25,738 nt of DNA from a virus. Its lineage: Duplodnaviria > Heunggongvirae > Uroviricota > Caudoviricetes. Numbering within the stretch: position 1 is the stretch's first letter; the number at the start of each line of letters is the position of its first letter. Under the pieces are notes generated by a model. The model saw only the letters and a program-made list of their open reading frames with translations. It searched no databases and had not been told where the DNA came from. The stretch is taken from positions 64,492 through 90,229 of the IMG/VR virus record IMGVR_UViG_3300024287_000004; one strand, given 5' to 3'. This document shows, piece after piece, positions 1-7,421 of the stretch. Made by a program: the position numbers and the translations under genes.

Positions 1-175
1 TCCCGTCAGCTACCGCCTCTGCGATAGCTACACGCCCCGATATACAATTATGGTGGTAGCGACGGGTTCCAATATTAGTCCAATTAAATTGCCCCAAAGC
101 GTCTTCCTCTACAACGTACCTAGTGTCACCATACCACTTGATAATAAGCGGAAATTTCAGGTCTTCTGCTTTCAT
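1..175 (-). CDS. Hypothetical phage protein, runs off the window edge (MKAEDLKFPLIIKWYGDTRY...)
   Basis: ATG at 175 overlaps the TGA of the upstream ORF (ATGA coupling), with GGGGAG upstream; frame open to position 1. Confidence 0.6.
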   Translation of the reverse strand, partial: MKAEDLKFPLIIKWYGDTRYVVEEDALGQFNWTNIGTRRYHHNCISGRVAIAEAVADG

Positions 176-431
176 TTTTGCTCCCCTTTTAACTTAATTA
201 ACATTCCCCGTTTATCGTATTCTGCATCCGGGGCATAAATTGCCCACTCTCCAGCGCACTTTCCCTCGCCATGCACAATTTTAGGCACAGCTAGGCCGTG
301 GATGAGGGCTACGACTCTGGCCCCTGTGTCTGCGTAGACGCGGGCAGCATCCTCTTTGCGTCCATCGTTAAGGGCGTTGTAAAGGGCTGAGCCTTTCCCG
401 GCGATGATGCCTCTGTAGGGATGCCTTTCAT
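172..431 (-). CDS. Hypothetical protein with uncertain start, possibly frameshifted just after the ATG
   Basis: Protein-like frame (RHPYRGIIAGKGSALYNALNDG...) ends in coupled ATGA at 172-175; the coupled ATG at 431 is one base out of frame. Confidence 0.45.
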
Positions 432-607
432 CACCAATGCCTGATAATGAGGCCGATTTCAACAGCAAGTAGTATAATAGCTGCCCCTATTCCTACTTTG
501 AAAACAACGTCAAAAGCTGCTGGGTTGCTAGCGAGGAACGTAGCCAAAGCCACAAATGCCACTATTACAACACACCCGATAGCAAAACATTTAATTAACT
601 CAATCAT
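431..607 (-). CDS. Small two-TM membrane protein
   Basis: Two hydrophobic segments; GGAG before ATG 607; overlaps neighbours. Confidence 0.7.
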   Translation of the reverse strand: MIELIKCFAIGCVVIVAFVALATFLASNPAAFDVVFKVGIGAAIILLAVEIGLIIRHW

Positions 608-867
608 CTCCACTCCTTAAAGTTGCACGAAACAGCTACCTCGTGCCTTGTTCTTGTGTGCTGTGTCACGAAGGCGCAGCCATTCTTTGCTACGGCGTGG
701 CACATAATGTACTTTTCTACACGTTCATTCCCGGTGGGGGTCGTTGTGCACGAGCTAGCCGGTGCTGCTACGGTATTATCACAGCCGGTTAGCAAAGTAA
801 CTAGCAAAGCAGCTATGATAACATAGCCCAGCACAGCCCACAAGCTTTCCTCTCGTTGGCTAATCAT
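604..867 (-). CDS. Putative lipoprotein
   Basis: Hydrophobic signal followed by lipobox LTGC; Cys-rich mature part. Confidence 0.7.
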   Translation of the reverse strand: MISQREESLWAVLGYVIIAALLVTLLTGCDNTVAAPASSCTTTPTGNERVEKYIMCHAVAKNGCAFVTQHTRTRHEVAVSCNFKEWR

Positions 868-1159
868 CTCCGCCCCGCATAGCTAGCATAACCTCAACCG
901 GGAGTGATGCCCAGCTAACTTTTGTGTCCATATCACTACGGGTAGGCGGGATTAGGGCTAACGCGTGAGGTTTGATGTTCCACAAGTTTCCCTTGTCACA
1001 ATCAAACTCCACTTCGTAGCAGTCTACAGTTTGTGTAAAACCGCTAAAGGTAGTAGTGCGCTTTGCTAGCCCACCCCTGATGGTGCATGTTTTGCCACTA
1101 AGCGTTAGGTGTTTACCTGTGAAAACGCCACGGTCACCCGGTTGGAATACGTATTTCAT
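860..1159 (-). CDS. Hypothetical protein (MKYVFQPGDRGVF...)
   Basis: ATG 1159 coupled (TGATG) to the stop of the upstream gene; start shortened from the ORF track. Confidence 0.7.
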   Translation of the reverse strand: MKYVFQPGDRGVFTGKHLTLSGKTCTIRGGLAKRTTTFSGFTQTVDCYEVEFDCDKGNLWNIKPHALALIPPTRSDMDTKVSWASLPVEVMLAMRGGDD

Positions 1160-1344
1160 CACAAGCTCCGGTAGAAATTGGCCCACAGGCACAGGAACAC
1201 CACGGCAACCATTCCAAGGAAGGTAAGAAGCGGGAAGTGAGTAAGTAGATAGCCTAGGGTTGCTGCCGCAGCCACGGAAGCCACGACAACGAACAAGCAA
1301 AGGCCAGCCTTAAGGAACGAAGCAGTGAGACGTTTAAAATTCAT
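1159..1344 (-). CDS. Small two-TM membrane protein
   Basis: Strong SD AAAAGGAG; two hydrophobic helices. Confidence 0.75.
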   Translation of the reverse strand: MNFKRLTASFLKAGLCLFVVVASVAAAATLGYLLTHFPLLTFLGMVAVVFLCLWANFYRSL

Positions 1345-1388
1345 GTTTGTTCTCCTTTTTAGTTAGTTAGTATCCTACCTAACTAATT

Positions 1389-1928
1389 TTAGCGTGTCAA
1401 GTGTTTTTCTTCGTAGCTGCGCAACATAGCATCCAGCTTAGCACACATTTGCGCATCTGCCCCGGCTAGGGCCGTATCCAACAGATGACGTTTCTCGGGC
1501 ACGTAAATACGCGCAAAGTCCGGGTCATTGGCGATAATGTCAGGCGTGTTGTGCAGCGAGTCGGCTAGCTTGACAATTTTAACTTTCTTGCCACACTGGG
1601 CCAAGCGTGCTGCCTCGGCCTTCATGCGTGCTGCCCGGTTCATGCCGGGGTATTCCCGCTTGGTCATCCCATCCACAATCCATCCCGTTTCGTGGCCGAA
1701 CAGGGCGAAGATGGCCCCGCGTTCAACGCCGGTATCCTCTAACACATCATGTAGGCAAGCGGCATTGATGATGGTGGCGTCATCCCCGTACCCGTGCTCC
1801 ATCAGGATTTGGGCTACCGCCTGAGGGTGAGTCCAGTAAGGATCGCCGGAGTACTTGCGTTTCTGTTTTACGGCATCATGTGCGCCTATGGCGAAGAACA
1901 TGGCGGGTCTTTGCAGCGTTACTAGCAT
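1389..1928 (-). CDS. HD-domain protein, RelA/SpoT-hydrolase (small alarmone hydrolase/Mesh1-like) family
   Basis: Motifs H..VKQKRKYSGDPYWTHP, LHDVLEDT, VDGMTK, VKLADSLHN; own SD AAGGAAAC before ATG 1928. Confidence 0.85.
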   Translation of the reverse strand: MLVTLQRPAMFFAIGAHDAVKQKRKYSGDPYWTHPQAVAQILMEHGYGDDATIINAACLHDVLEDTGVERGAIFALFGHETGWIVDGMTKREYPGMNRAARMKAEAARLAQCGKKVKIVKLADSLHNTPDIIANDPDFARIYVPEKRHLLDTALAGADAQMCAKLDAMLRSYEEKHLTR

Positions 1929-2228
1929 GTTAGTTTCCTTTCTTGTTAACTCTTTGGCGACGCTACCTTTTACCCGGTCGGGAATGGTACGTTCGGAGAT
2001 GTAGTAAGCCCCTTCACTTGGGGAGTACCAAGAGCGCAACTTCCACCCATCCGGCACGGTCTGTTCTCCAGCCGAAGTTGCGCACAACATACGCAAGCTA
2101 TCCATTCGGGCCTCCAGAACGTCACCCACGGTGAGCCTCCAGTCGCCCACACCGAAAATCACCGTGTCAGGCTGAGCATGGTCGTAGCCCATTTCTTCGA
2201 GGGGTAGAGTGGCTAATTTATTTGTCAT
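1929..2228 (-). CDS. Hypothetical protein segment fused in frame to the HD hydrolase (no stop codon)
   Basis: ATG 2228 with GGAGG SD, overlapping the upstream gene end; reads through into 1928. Confidence 0.55.
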
Positions 2229-2919
2229 TTGGCCTCCATTCCGTAGCGGCGGGCTGGGGTGCCTGCTGGGCGAACAGCGAACCATCTTGCTCATGCATCA
2301 GCCGCCAGTAATGTGCCTTTGGCAACCAGCGCACAGCCGACTCTGCCGAAATGCAGACTACTTCACCATCCTCGCGGCGCAGCACGTACCCTACGATGTT
2401 GTAGCCGCGACCGGCGATGTCAACGGTTTTCCTGTTTGTCAGGCACACTGGACCGTGCGTTGCCGTCAGCGGTGCCACCTCCCCGTCAACCGAGTTCGTC
2501 CAACGGCTGGCGTCCGCCGGGCGCTCGTAGCTCGCGCTTGCCGTGGTGGCCGCAGGGGATGCGTCCTTTGCGCCTTTTGCGTAGCCATCTTCTTCGGCAC
2601 GAAGCAATGCCTGAGCATGCTCGTTGCGCTGGCGGTGCATCTGGCGGTGAATCTCAGCATCCTCGGCGTTGTATTCTTCCATGCGGCGCTCCATTTCCCG
2701 GTACTTCGCTGGGCTTACGCTACACATGGGTTGATGACGCTCGTTCGTCCCGAAGTGCAGCGCGGCGCTATCGCGGTCGGTGAAATATGCATCGCAGTGG
2801 AAGCAGCGCCATCCGGCCTGCTCCGTGGTGGCCGCTTGCGGTGCTGAACATGCTGCGCGGGAATCGCACGCACAACGCGGGTACGTGCAGGCTGCGCTCT
2901 TGGTATTATTGGTGGTCAT
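2218..2919 (-). CDS. Prophage-type hypothetical protein with C2H2-like Zn finger (CFHC...H)
   Basis: CxxC-x12-H motif, Ala/Pro/Thr linkers, overlaps neighbours. Confidence 0.7.
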   Translation of the reverse strand: MTTNNTKSAACTYPRCACDSRAACSAPQAATTEQAGWRCFHCDAYFTDRDSAALHFGTNERHQPMCSVSPAKYREMERRMEEYNAEDAEIHRQMHRQRNEHAQALLRAEEDGYAKGAKDASPAATTASASYERPADASRWTNSVDGEVAPLTATHGPVCLTNRKTVDIAGRGYNIVGYVLRREDGEVVCISAESAVRWLPKAHYWRLMHEQDGSLFAQQAPQPAATEWRPNDK

Positions 2920-3073
2920 CGTCGTTGTCCTTGTTGATCTGAGTAGCGGCCTTCTTTGCCGCATCGTTCAGCAGGTATCGGATTGCGCCTTCCGGGTGTG
3001 CTTGGCGCTCATGGTCTTTGCGCTGGCGGTTCGTGTCGAACTCGCGTTTGCACAGATGGCACTTGATAATCAC
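2906..3073 (-). CDS. Small C2H2 zinc-finger protein
   Basis: GTG start coupled (GTGA) to upstream stop; CHLC-x12-H-x4-H. Confidence 0.7.
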   Translation of the reverse strand: MIIKCHLCKREFDTNRQRKDHERQAHPEGAIRYLLNDAAKKAATQINKDNDDDHQ

Positions 3074-3606
3074 TCGCCGCCCCCTTTCTGGCTGTCGTCT
3101 GTCTCCTGGGAGGGGGCTTTGATATGCGAAGCGACCCACTTGCGCACCGTTTGCCACCGCTCCTCGCCCGCATGCTCGTTCGGCACGCGCACGGTTTGCC
3201 TATGTCGGCCCCAGTCCGGATGCCTTTGGCGTACCGGGCCGCATATTTCAATCTCGACCCAGCGATGATCGCTCACATGCTCGTCGTTGACCCACATGAT
3301 TTCGCGCGCCAACTGCTCGGCGATGTTGAACTTCGTCCCCAGCGATTCCACGTCGTAAGTGTCGATGCTTGCGAGATTTATTCCGCGCGCCTGACCCACG
3401 ACGCCAAGGGCGCAGAACTGTCCATCAGCCTCCAGTTCGCCCGCCACGAGACACTTATCTGGCATGGCATCGAGCGCCACCAGTAATTCGCGCAATAGCG
3501 CCTGACCGCGCTTCCCCCTGATGGCTGACATGACCTGAGCGCGATACCGGCCCAGTGCGAGAGGATCGTCGTCGCCATAATCGTCGCTGTATCCGCTGCG
3601 ACTCAT
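3070..3606 (-). CDS. Prophage-type hypothetical protein (MSRSGYSDDY...)
   Basis: Long ORF, ATGA coupling, GGAGG SD; resembles accessory proteins of proteobacterial prophages (recognition from memory, not searched). Confidence 0.8.
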   Translation of the reverse strand: MSRSGYSDDYGDDDPLALGRYRAQVMSAIRGKRGQALLRELLVALDAMPDKCLVAGELEADGQFCALGVVGQARGINLASIDTYDVESLGTKFNIAEQLAREIMWVNDEHVSDHRWVEIEICGPVRQRHPDWGRHRQTVRVPNEHAGEERWQTVRKWVASHIKAPSQETDDSQKGGGE

Positions 3607-4094
3607 GCCGCACCTCCCACAGCGGGCTGGCTGTCGTCTGCCGGGGAGCGGATGTTGTCGATAGCAGCGTCAAGCCTCTCTGGACGCTGTTTTTCTAGAG
3701 TCAGGCGTTCACGCGAAACCATTGCACGAATGCTGCGATACCGGGCCGCCTCCCGTACCTCGTCTGTCGCGGCCTGTGCGGGTGCTGCGGCAGCGTTTTG
3801 GATGAAGCGCGCAGCATCTAGCAACACTTCCAGCGTGAAGCCAGATGCACGGATCACATACGGCTCGCAGCCGATTACTTGCCCATGCATGCCACCGCCC
3901 GGTTTCTTGGATTCGTGCAGCTTAACCAGTTCTTCGACCAGACGATTGGCCTCAGTCGTCTCTGCTGCTGGCTGGATAGCGGCGGTAGCGGCAAGGGCAT
4001 CGCTAATCGTGTCTTGAAAGCCGATGTTGGGGATATATCCTGCGGCTTGCTTGAGAGTGTCGCGCAGCACGCGGATTTGTTCTTGTTCAGTCAT
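3603..4094 (-). CDS. Hypothetical protein (MTEQEQIRV...)
   Basis: SD AAAGGAG before ATG 4094; coupled to downstream gene. Confidence 0.75.
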   Translation of the reverse strand: MTEQEQIRVLRDTLKQAAGYIPNIGFQDTISDALAATAAIQPAAETTEANRLVEELVKLHESKKPGGGMHGQVIGCEPYVIRASGFTLEVLLDAARFIQNAAAAPAQAATDEVREAARYRSIRAMVSRERLTLEKQRPERLDAAIDNIRSPADDSQPAVGGAA

Positions 4095-4172
4095 GAATTT
4101 CTCCTTTCTGGTGGAGCCGGGGACCATTTAGGGTAAACTACACCGGCGATTTTGCGGCACGGGCTTTCGGCG

Positions 4173-4883
4173 TTAAGCCGCCTCCATACGATTTACTAGG
4201 TTGATAACCGTCTGAGTCCCCCAAGTCTTGCCACGGGCCGTTTTAATGCCCATCCTGTTGAGTTCCCCGGCCATCCCTTTAAAGCTCATCCCCCGCTGCC
4301 GGAAGGCCCCTAGGAGCATCCCCATCTTATTCGCAAATTCGTCAGCCTTCTCCGCGTTTTTAGCCGCACCCTTGGCACGGGCTACAACTATCGTGTTCGG
4401 GTCTTTGTGGTTCGCGTAGCCGAGTTGTACACCACTGACTTTCAACTCGCTCAGGGCCGCTTTCGTGCGGTCAGAAATAGAGCTACGTTCCTTCTCCGCG
4501 AAGGTGGCATACAGGTGAAGCAACATCGGCTCAACGTCCTCGCCAAGAGCAACAGCGATGAACTTTGACTTGGCGCGTTTAATGAACCCCGCCACAAATT
4601 CAACGTCACGGGAGAGACGATCAAGCTTGCTAACGATGAGGGTAGCGCCTAGCTTTTCTGCCTTGATTACAGCGTTATGCAGAATAGGTCGGTCCTCGAA
4701 CCCAAGCTTACCGCTAGCCCGTTCCTCCACTTCCTCAAGGATTTCGTAGCCGTTCATGGCTGCGAACTGCCGGATAGCTGAGCGTTGGGCCTCAATTCCG
4801 AGGCGTAGAGCCTCTTCCGCGTCATGCCCCTTCTTTTTATCCTCGGTGGAGACCCTTAAATATGAGATAAGCTTTTTCGTCAT
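4173..4883 (-). CDS. Serine recombinase / resolvase family protein
   Basis: YLRVST catalytic motif, IVSKLDRLSRD, AEKERSSISDRTK, G..LG; C-terminal DNA-binding segment; SD GGGAG. Confidence 0.92.
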   Translation of the reverse strand: MTKKLISYLRVSTEDKKKGHDAEEALRLGIEAQRSAIRQFAAMNGYEILEEVEERASGKLGFEDRPILHNAVIKAEKLGATLIVSKLDRLSRDVEFVAGFIKRAKSKFIAVALGEDVEPMLLHLYATFAEKERSSISDRTKAALSELKVSGVQLGYANHKDPNTIVVARAKGAAKNAEKADEFANKMGMLLGAFRQRGMSFKGMAGELNRMGIKTARGKTWGTQTVINLVNRMEAA

Positions 4884-4915
4884 GGTCACTCCCGTTCAAA
4901 TACTTAATGAACAGG

Positions 4916-4944
4916 AGTGTACCTTCAAAACTCTAGACGGTCAA
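4916..4944 (-). promoter_or_regulatory. Sigma70-like promoter for the recombinase operon
   Basis: TTGACC-17-TACACT on minus strand. Confidence 0.65.
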
Positions 4945-5321
4945 GCTGTTTTCGCACTGTTGTTTTCCTGCCACGCGGAAAGGGTTTTATCCAGCAGGGC
5001 TTCGTATTCGTACGAAGTCGTATCCCGTTTGCGGAGCGGCACCGGGCAACCTGCTTGCTCAAGCTTAGCCACCTTACGGCTAATACGTGCTTCGCGGTAG
5101 TGGTATTTCAGTTCAACCAGCATTGCACGCTGGTTTGCTACAAGCTTCGCAAGCTGTTTACGGTCTTTTTTGGCGTAACCAAAAGCCTCCACCATAAACG
5201 CAGTCTTCCCGAGCACACGAGCACTGCGAGCTTGGTCCACCCAGAAATTAATCATCTTGTGCTGCCCTTCGATACTACGCGCGTTGAAAGCAAGCATGGA
5301 TTGCAGGAAGTTAGTTTGCAT
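4941..5321 (-). CDS. Hypothetical protein (MQTNFLQSML...)
   Basis: SD AAGGAG, basic helical ORF. Confidence 0.75.
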   Translation of the reverse strand: MQTNFLQSMLAFNARSIEGQHKMINFWVDQARSARVLGKTAFMVEAFGYAKKDRKQLAKLVANQRAMLVELKYHYREARISRKVAKLEQAGCPVPLRKRDTTSYEYEALLDKTLSAWQENNSAKTA

Positions 5322-5366
5322 GTTTGTGTTCTCCTTCAAGAAGTTGTGTTTTGTTGTTGAACATCA

Positions 5367-5395
5367 ATCTTAGGGCTTACCGGTTTTTACGGCAA
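5367..5395 (-). promoter_or_regulatory. Sigma70-like promoter
   Basis: TTGCCG-17-TAAGAT on minus strand upstream of 5321. Confidence 0.55.
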
Positions 5396-5441
5396 GCTTT
5401 TTCTCGTTCGCAATCTTAGTGTTGGTTGGAAACAACACAGA

Positions 5442-5741
5442 TTATTCTTCTGCCACCACAGAGGATAGGTCAAGCTTGCCCTTGCCTCGCTGAGCACGGG
5501 CGTAGGCCATTCTCTCTCGTGGAGTCAGCTTGGGACGCTCCTGTACAGCCTCAGCACGGGCTTTGAAGGCGTTTACAGAGGCGTTCGAACGCACCATAAC
5601 CACCTGATACCCAGCATTAAACAGCATAGCCTCCCCCGGCTGTTCGTCTGAAATTTGCCAACCATCAAGAGCCAAATCCACAACCTCAGCCAACAAAGCC
5701 TCAAGGGTGGCATGTGTAACAACACGTTGTTCATTGTTCAT
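5442..5741 (-). CDS. Hypothetical protein
   Basis: SD TTAGGAG; 99-aa ORF. Confidence 0.75.
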   Translation of the reverse strand: MNNEQRVVTHATLEALLAEVVDLALDGWQISDEQPGEAMLFNAGYQVVMVRSNASVNAFKARAEAVQERPKLTPRERMAYARAQRGKGKLDLSSVVAEE

Positions 5742-5950
5742 TATCTATCTCCTAAAGTTTATTTCCCACCAACAATGACGGCCAAGACTGGGCCTTGGTA
5801 ACCCTCTCCGCTGTCAACCAAGCTTTCCTTGACGCTCAAAATCGCGTCAGCGTGGTTGTTCGTGTCAACTTGGATAACTCCAAGCTTGTTTTCTAAGTTT
5901 TTAAAGTAAACGTACACCTAAGTTTCCTTCTAAGTAGTAAATAAAGTAGT

Positions 5951-5979
5951 AGTGTACAGCTTGGCTATCTTCCTGTCAA
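5951..5979 (-). promoter_or_regulatory. Leftward sigma70-like promoter
   Basis: TTGACA-17-TACACT on minus strand. Confidence 0.7.
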
Positions 5980-5994
5980 GCAAAGTAGTTAGGG

Positions 5995-6023
5995 TTGACA
6001 GAATAGAAGATACGTGGTAGACT
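5995..6023 (+). promoter_or_regulatory. Rightward sigma70-like promoter, back-to-back with 5951-5979
   Basis: TTGACA-17-TAGACT. Confidence 0.65.
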
Positions 6024-6145
6024 AACGACCGAACGAGCCGCTAGGCGAGTGAGGGAGTATCTAAAGTAGATATATAAAGTAGTATTTTATATTTATAAAA
6101 CTAAGTAGTAATAACTTAGTAGTACAACTTAAGTAGAGTGGGGTA

Positions 6146-6174
6146 TTGACAAACTAACTCTGTTGTGCTACTAT
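6146..6174 (+). promoter_or_regulatory. Sigma70-like promoter
   Basis: TTGACA-17-TACTAT, 20 nt before ATG 6195. Confidence 0.7.
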
Positions 6175-6194
6175 CACACTTCTTAAGGAATTTT

Positions 6195-6539
6195 ATGCAA
6201 GACGGAGTAATTAAGACGGTGGAGAAGCCACTGTTTGTAAAAGGTAAGCACGAGCTACAGGCTTTGCTAAAAAAGATTCAACGAGGTTCGGCGGAAGCCG
6301 TCGATATGTTGATTGAGACGATGAACAACACAGAGGTAGAGGTTAAGACCCGCGTAGCTTGTGCTCAGTCACTCATCGAATACGAAGTGAAGATTACAGA
6401 CCAGATCAACAAAGACCAGCTAACCCGACAGGTAGCAGAGGTACGGGCTAAGGGCCTGATCGGCAATGGTTCTACTGTTGACGGCGAAGATAAGCCACTA
6501 CCGCCTAGGGTAGATTTTACCCAGATTCAGGAAGTGTAA
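6195..6539 (+). CDS. Hypothetical helical protein, possibly terminase small subunit
   Basis: SD TAAGGA, 114 aa; first gene of the rightward arm and no other terS candidate precedes terL; function is inference only. Confidence 0.55.
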   Translation: MQDGVIKTVEKPLFVKGKHELQALLKKIQRGSAEAVDMLIETMNNTEVEVKTRVACAQSLIEYEVKITDQINKDQLTRQVAEVRAKGLIGNGSTVDGEDKPLPPRVDFTQIQEV

Positions 6540-6555
6540 CTTGGCAGATAGGGGC

Positions 6556-6584
6556 TTGACAGCAGCTAGGTAGTGTGGTAATAT
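6556..6584 (+). promoter_or_regulatory. Promoter heading the RNA island
   Basis: TTGACA-17-TAATAT with TG extension and AGCTAG in the spacer. Confidence 0.75.
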
Positions 6585-6821
6585 GCCTCCTACATGAAGA
6601 GATGGGTACTTGATTGTCTCTCTTTGAAAGGTAGGTGATCCTAGTTTGTTGGGCTTCATGTGATGTGTTCTCCTTGGTCAGTTGGGTGTGCGGCTGGTTA
6701 CCGCTGTACGGAAGTACAACACGCCATCCCCGCAAACTGTAAGCGGGAAGAATCATACGGAGGGTGGAAGCACGCAAGTTGCTGCCTAACTTCCCGGACC
6801 ACGTAACCGGGACAGAATTTA

Positions 6822-6897
6822 GCCGTTGTAGCTCAGTGGTAGAGCAGCGCCCTTGTAAAGCGCAGGTCGTCAGTTCGATTCTGGACCATCGGCACCA
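6822..6897 (+). tRNA. tRNA-Thr(UGU)
   Basis: Cloverleaf, loop CTTGTAA, TTCGATT T-loop, encoded ACCA; bulged T-stem. Confidence 0.9.
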
Positions 6898-6905
6898 AGT
6901 TAGTA

Positions 6906-7021
6906 AGCAGCTTATGTTCCGTGTGCTGCTGTCTCCGAAGCTTCCCTACACAAGCGTAACACGGATGCGGGTTAAATTGGAGATACTACGGTGAAGGGAA
7001 CACACCGATATCAAAACCGCA
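6906..7021 (+). ncRNA. Candidate multi-pseudoknotted ncRNA
   Basis: Stems 6918-24/6959-65, 6966-70/7017-21, 6989-93/7003-07; cross-pairings 6931-38/6977-84 and 6944-47/6995-98. Confidence 0.5.
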
Positions 7022-7024
7022 CAT

Positions 7025-7100
7025 CCTTCTCAAGCTAATCAATAGAAAGCGACGGTCTGAAAAACCGTAGAGCGTGGAGAGTTACCACGGGGAGGGGCCA
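7025..7100 (+). tRNA. tRNA-Phe(GAA), non-canonical T-loop
   Basis: ACGGT-CTGAAAA-ACCGT anticodon arm; T-arm CGTGG-AGAGTTA-CCACG; GCCA end. Confidence 0.8.
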
Positions 7101-7112
7101 AACAAATAGTGC

Positions 7113-7142
7113 TTGACAATTAGGTAGGAAGTCAGGTAATAT
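7113..7142 (+). promoter_or_regulatory. Sigma70-like promoter
   Basis: TTGACA-18-TAATAT. Confidence 0.6.
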
Positions 7143-7170
7143 CTGTTTGTGACGTAGCGAAAGCTACTAT

Positions 7171-7246
7171 CCGGGTGTAAGTCAGCGGTCAGACGGCTTA
7201 GTTTGGGGCTAAGCAGCCGGTGGTTCGAATCCATCTACCCGGACCA
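7171..7246 (+). tRNA. tRNA-Pro(UGG)
   Basis: CTTAG-TTTGGGG-CTAAG, TTCGAAT T-loop, ACCA. Confidence 0.92.
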
Positions 7247-7377
7247 GATTTATTTAAGCAACTGCCGACCGGGAACGAATAAGCCGAGCGGAGGAAGGGC
7301 GGTAATAGCCGTGCAACTTGTGTTGACCCGAACGAGTGGAATGCTTTGAAATAATCGGGTCCAGATAAAGAAAGTGC

Positions 7378-7407
7378 TTGACAGCTAGAAAGCTAGTGTG
7401 TTAAGAT
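7378..7407 (+). promoter_or_regulatory. Sigma70-like promoter
   Basis: TTGACA-18-TAAGAT with two AGCTAG in the spacer. Confidence 0.6.
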
Positions 7408-7421
7408 GCTGTAAAGAATTT

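Larger units (their letters stand above)
5932..6136 (+). repeat. Cluster of seven AAGTAG motifs in an AT-rich divergence region
   Basis: AAGTAG at 5932, 5944, 5983, 6064, 6077, 6103, 6131, all on the same strand. Confidence 0.7.

Noticed and set aside
1528-4017. Plus-strand ORFs over the left accessory arm (e.g. 2209-2847, 2259-2783, 2780-3268)
   Set aside because: Antisense shadows of a tightly coupled minus-strand operon in GC-rich DNA
6901-7021. HDV-like/theta ribozyme 3' of tRNA-Thr
   Set aside because: It does not start at the tRNA 3' end, and no P3/L3 lies between the candidate P2 and P1 strands
7255-7365. Spacer with GACCCGA/TCGGGTC stem ending near CCA
   Set aside because: Only one convincing helix and no D/T arms; too weak to call an RNA gene
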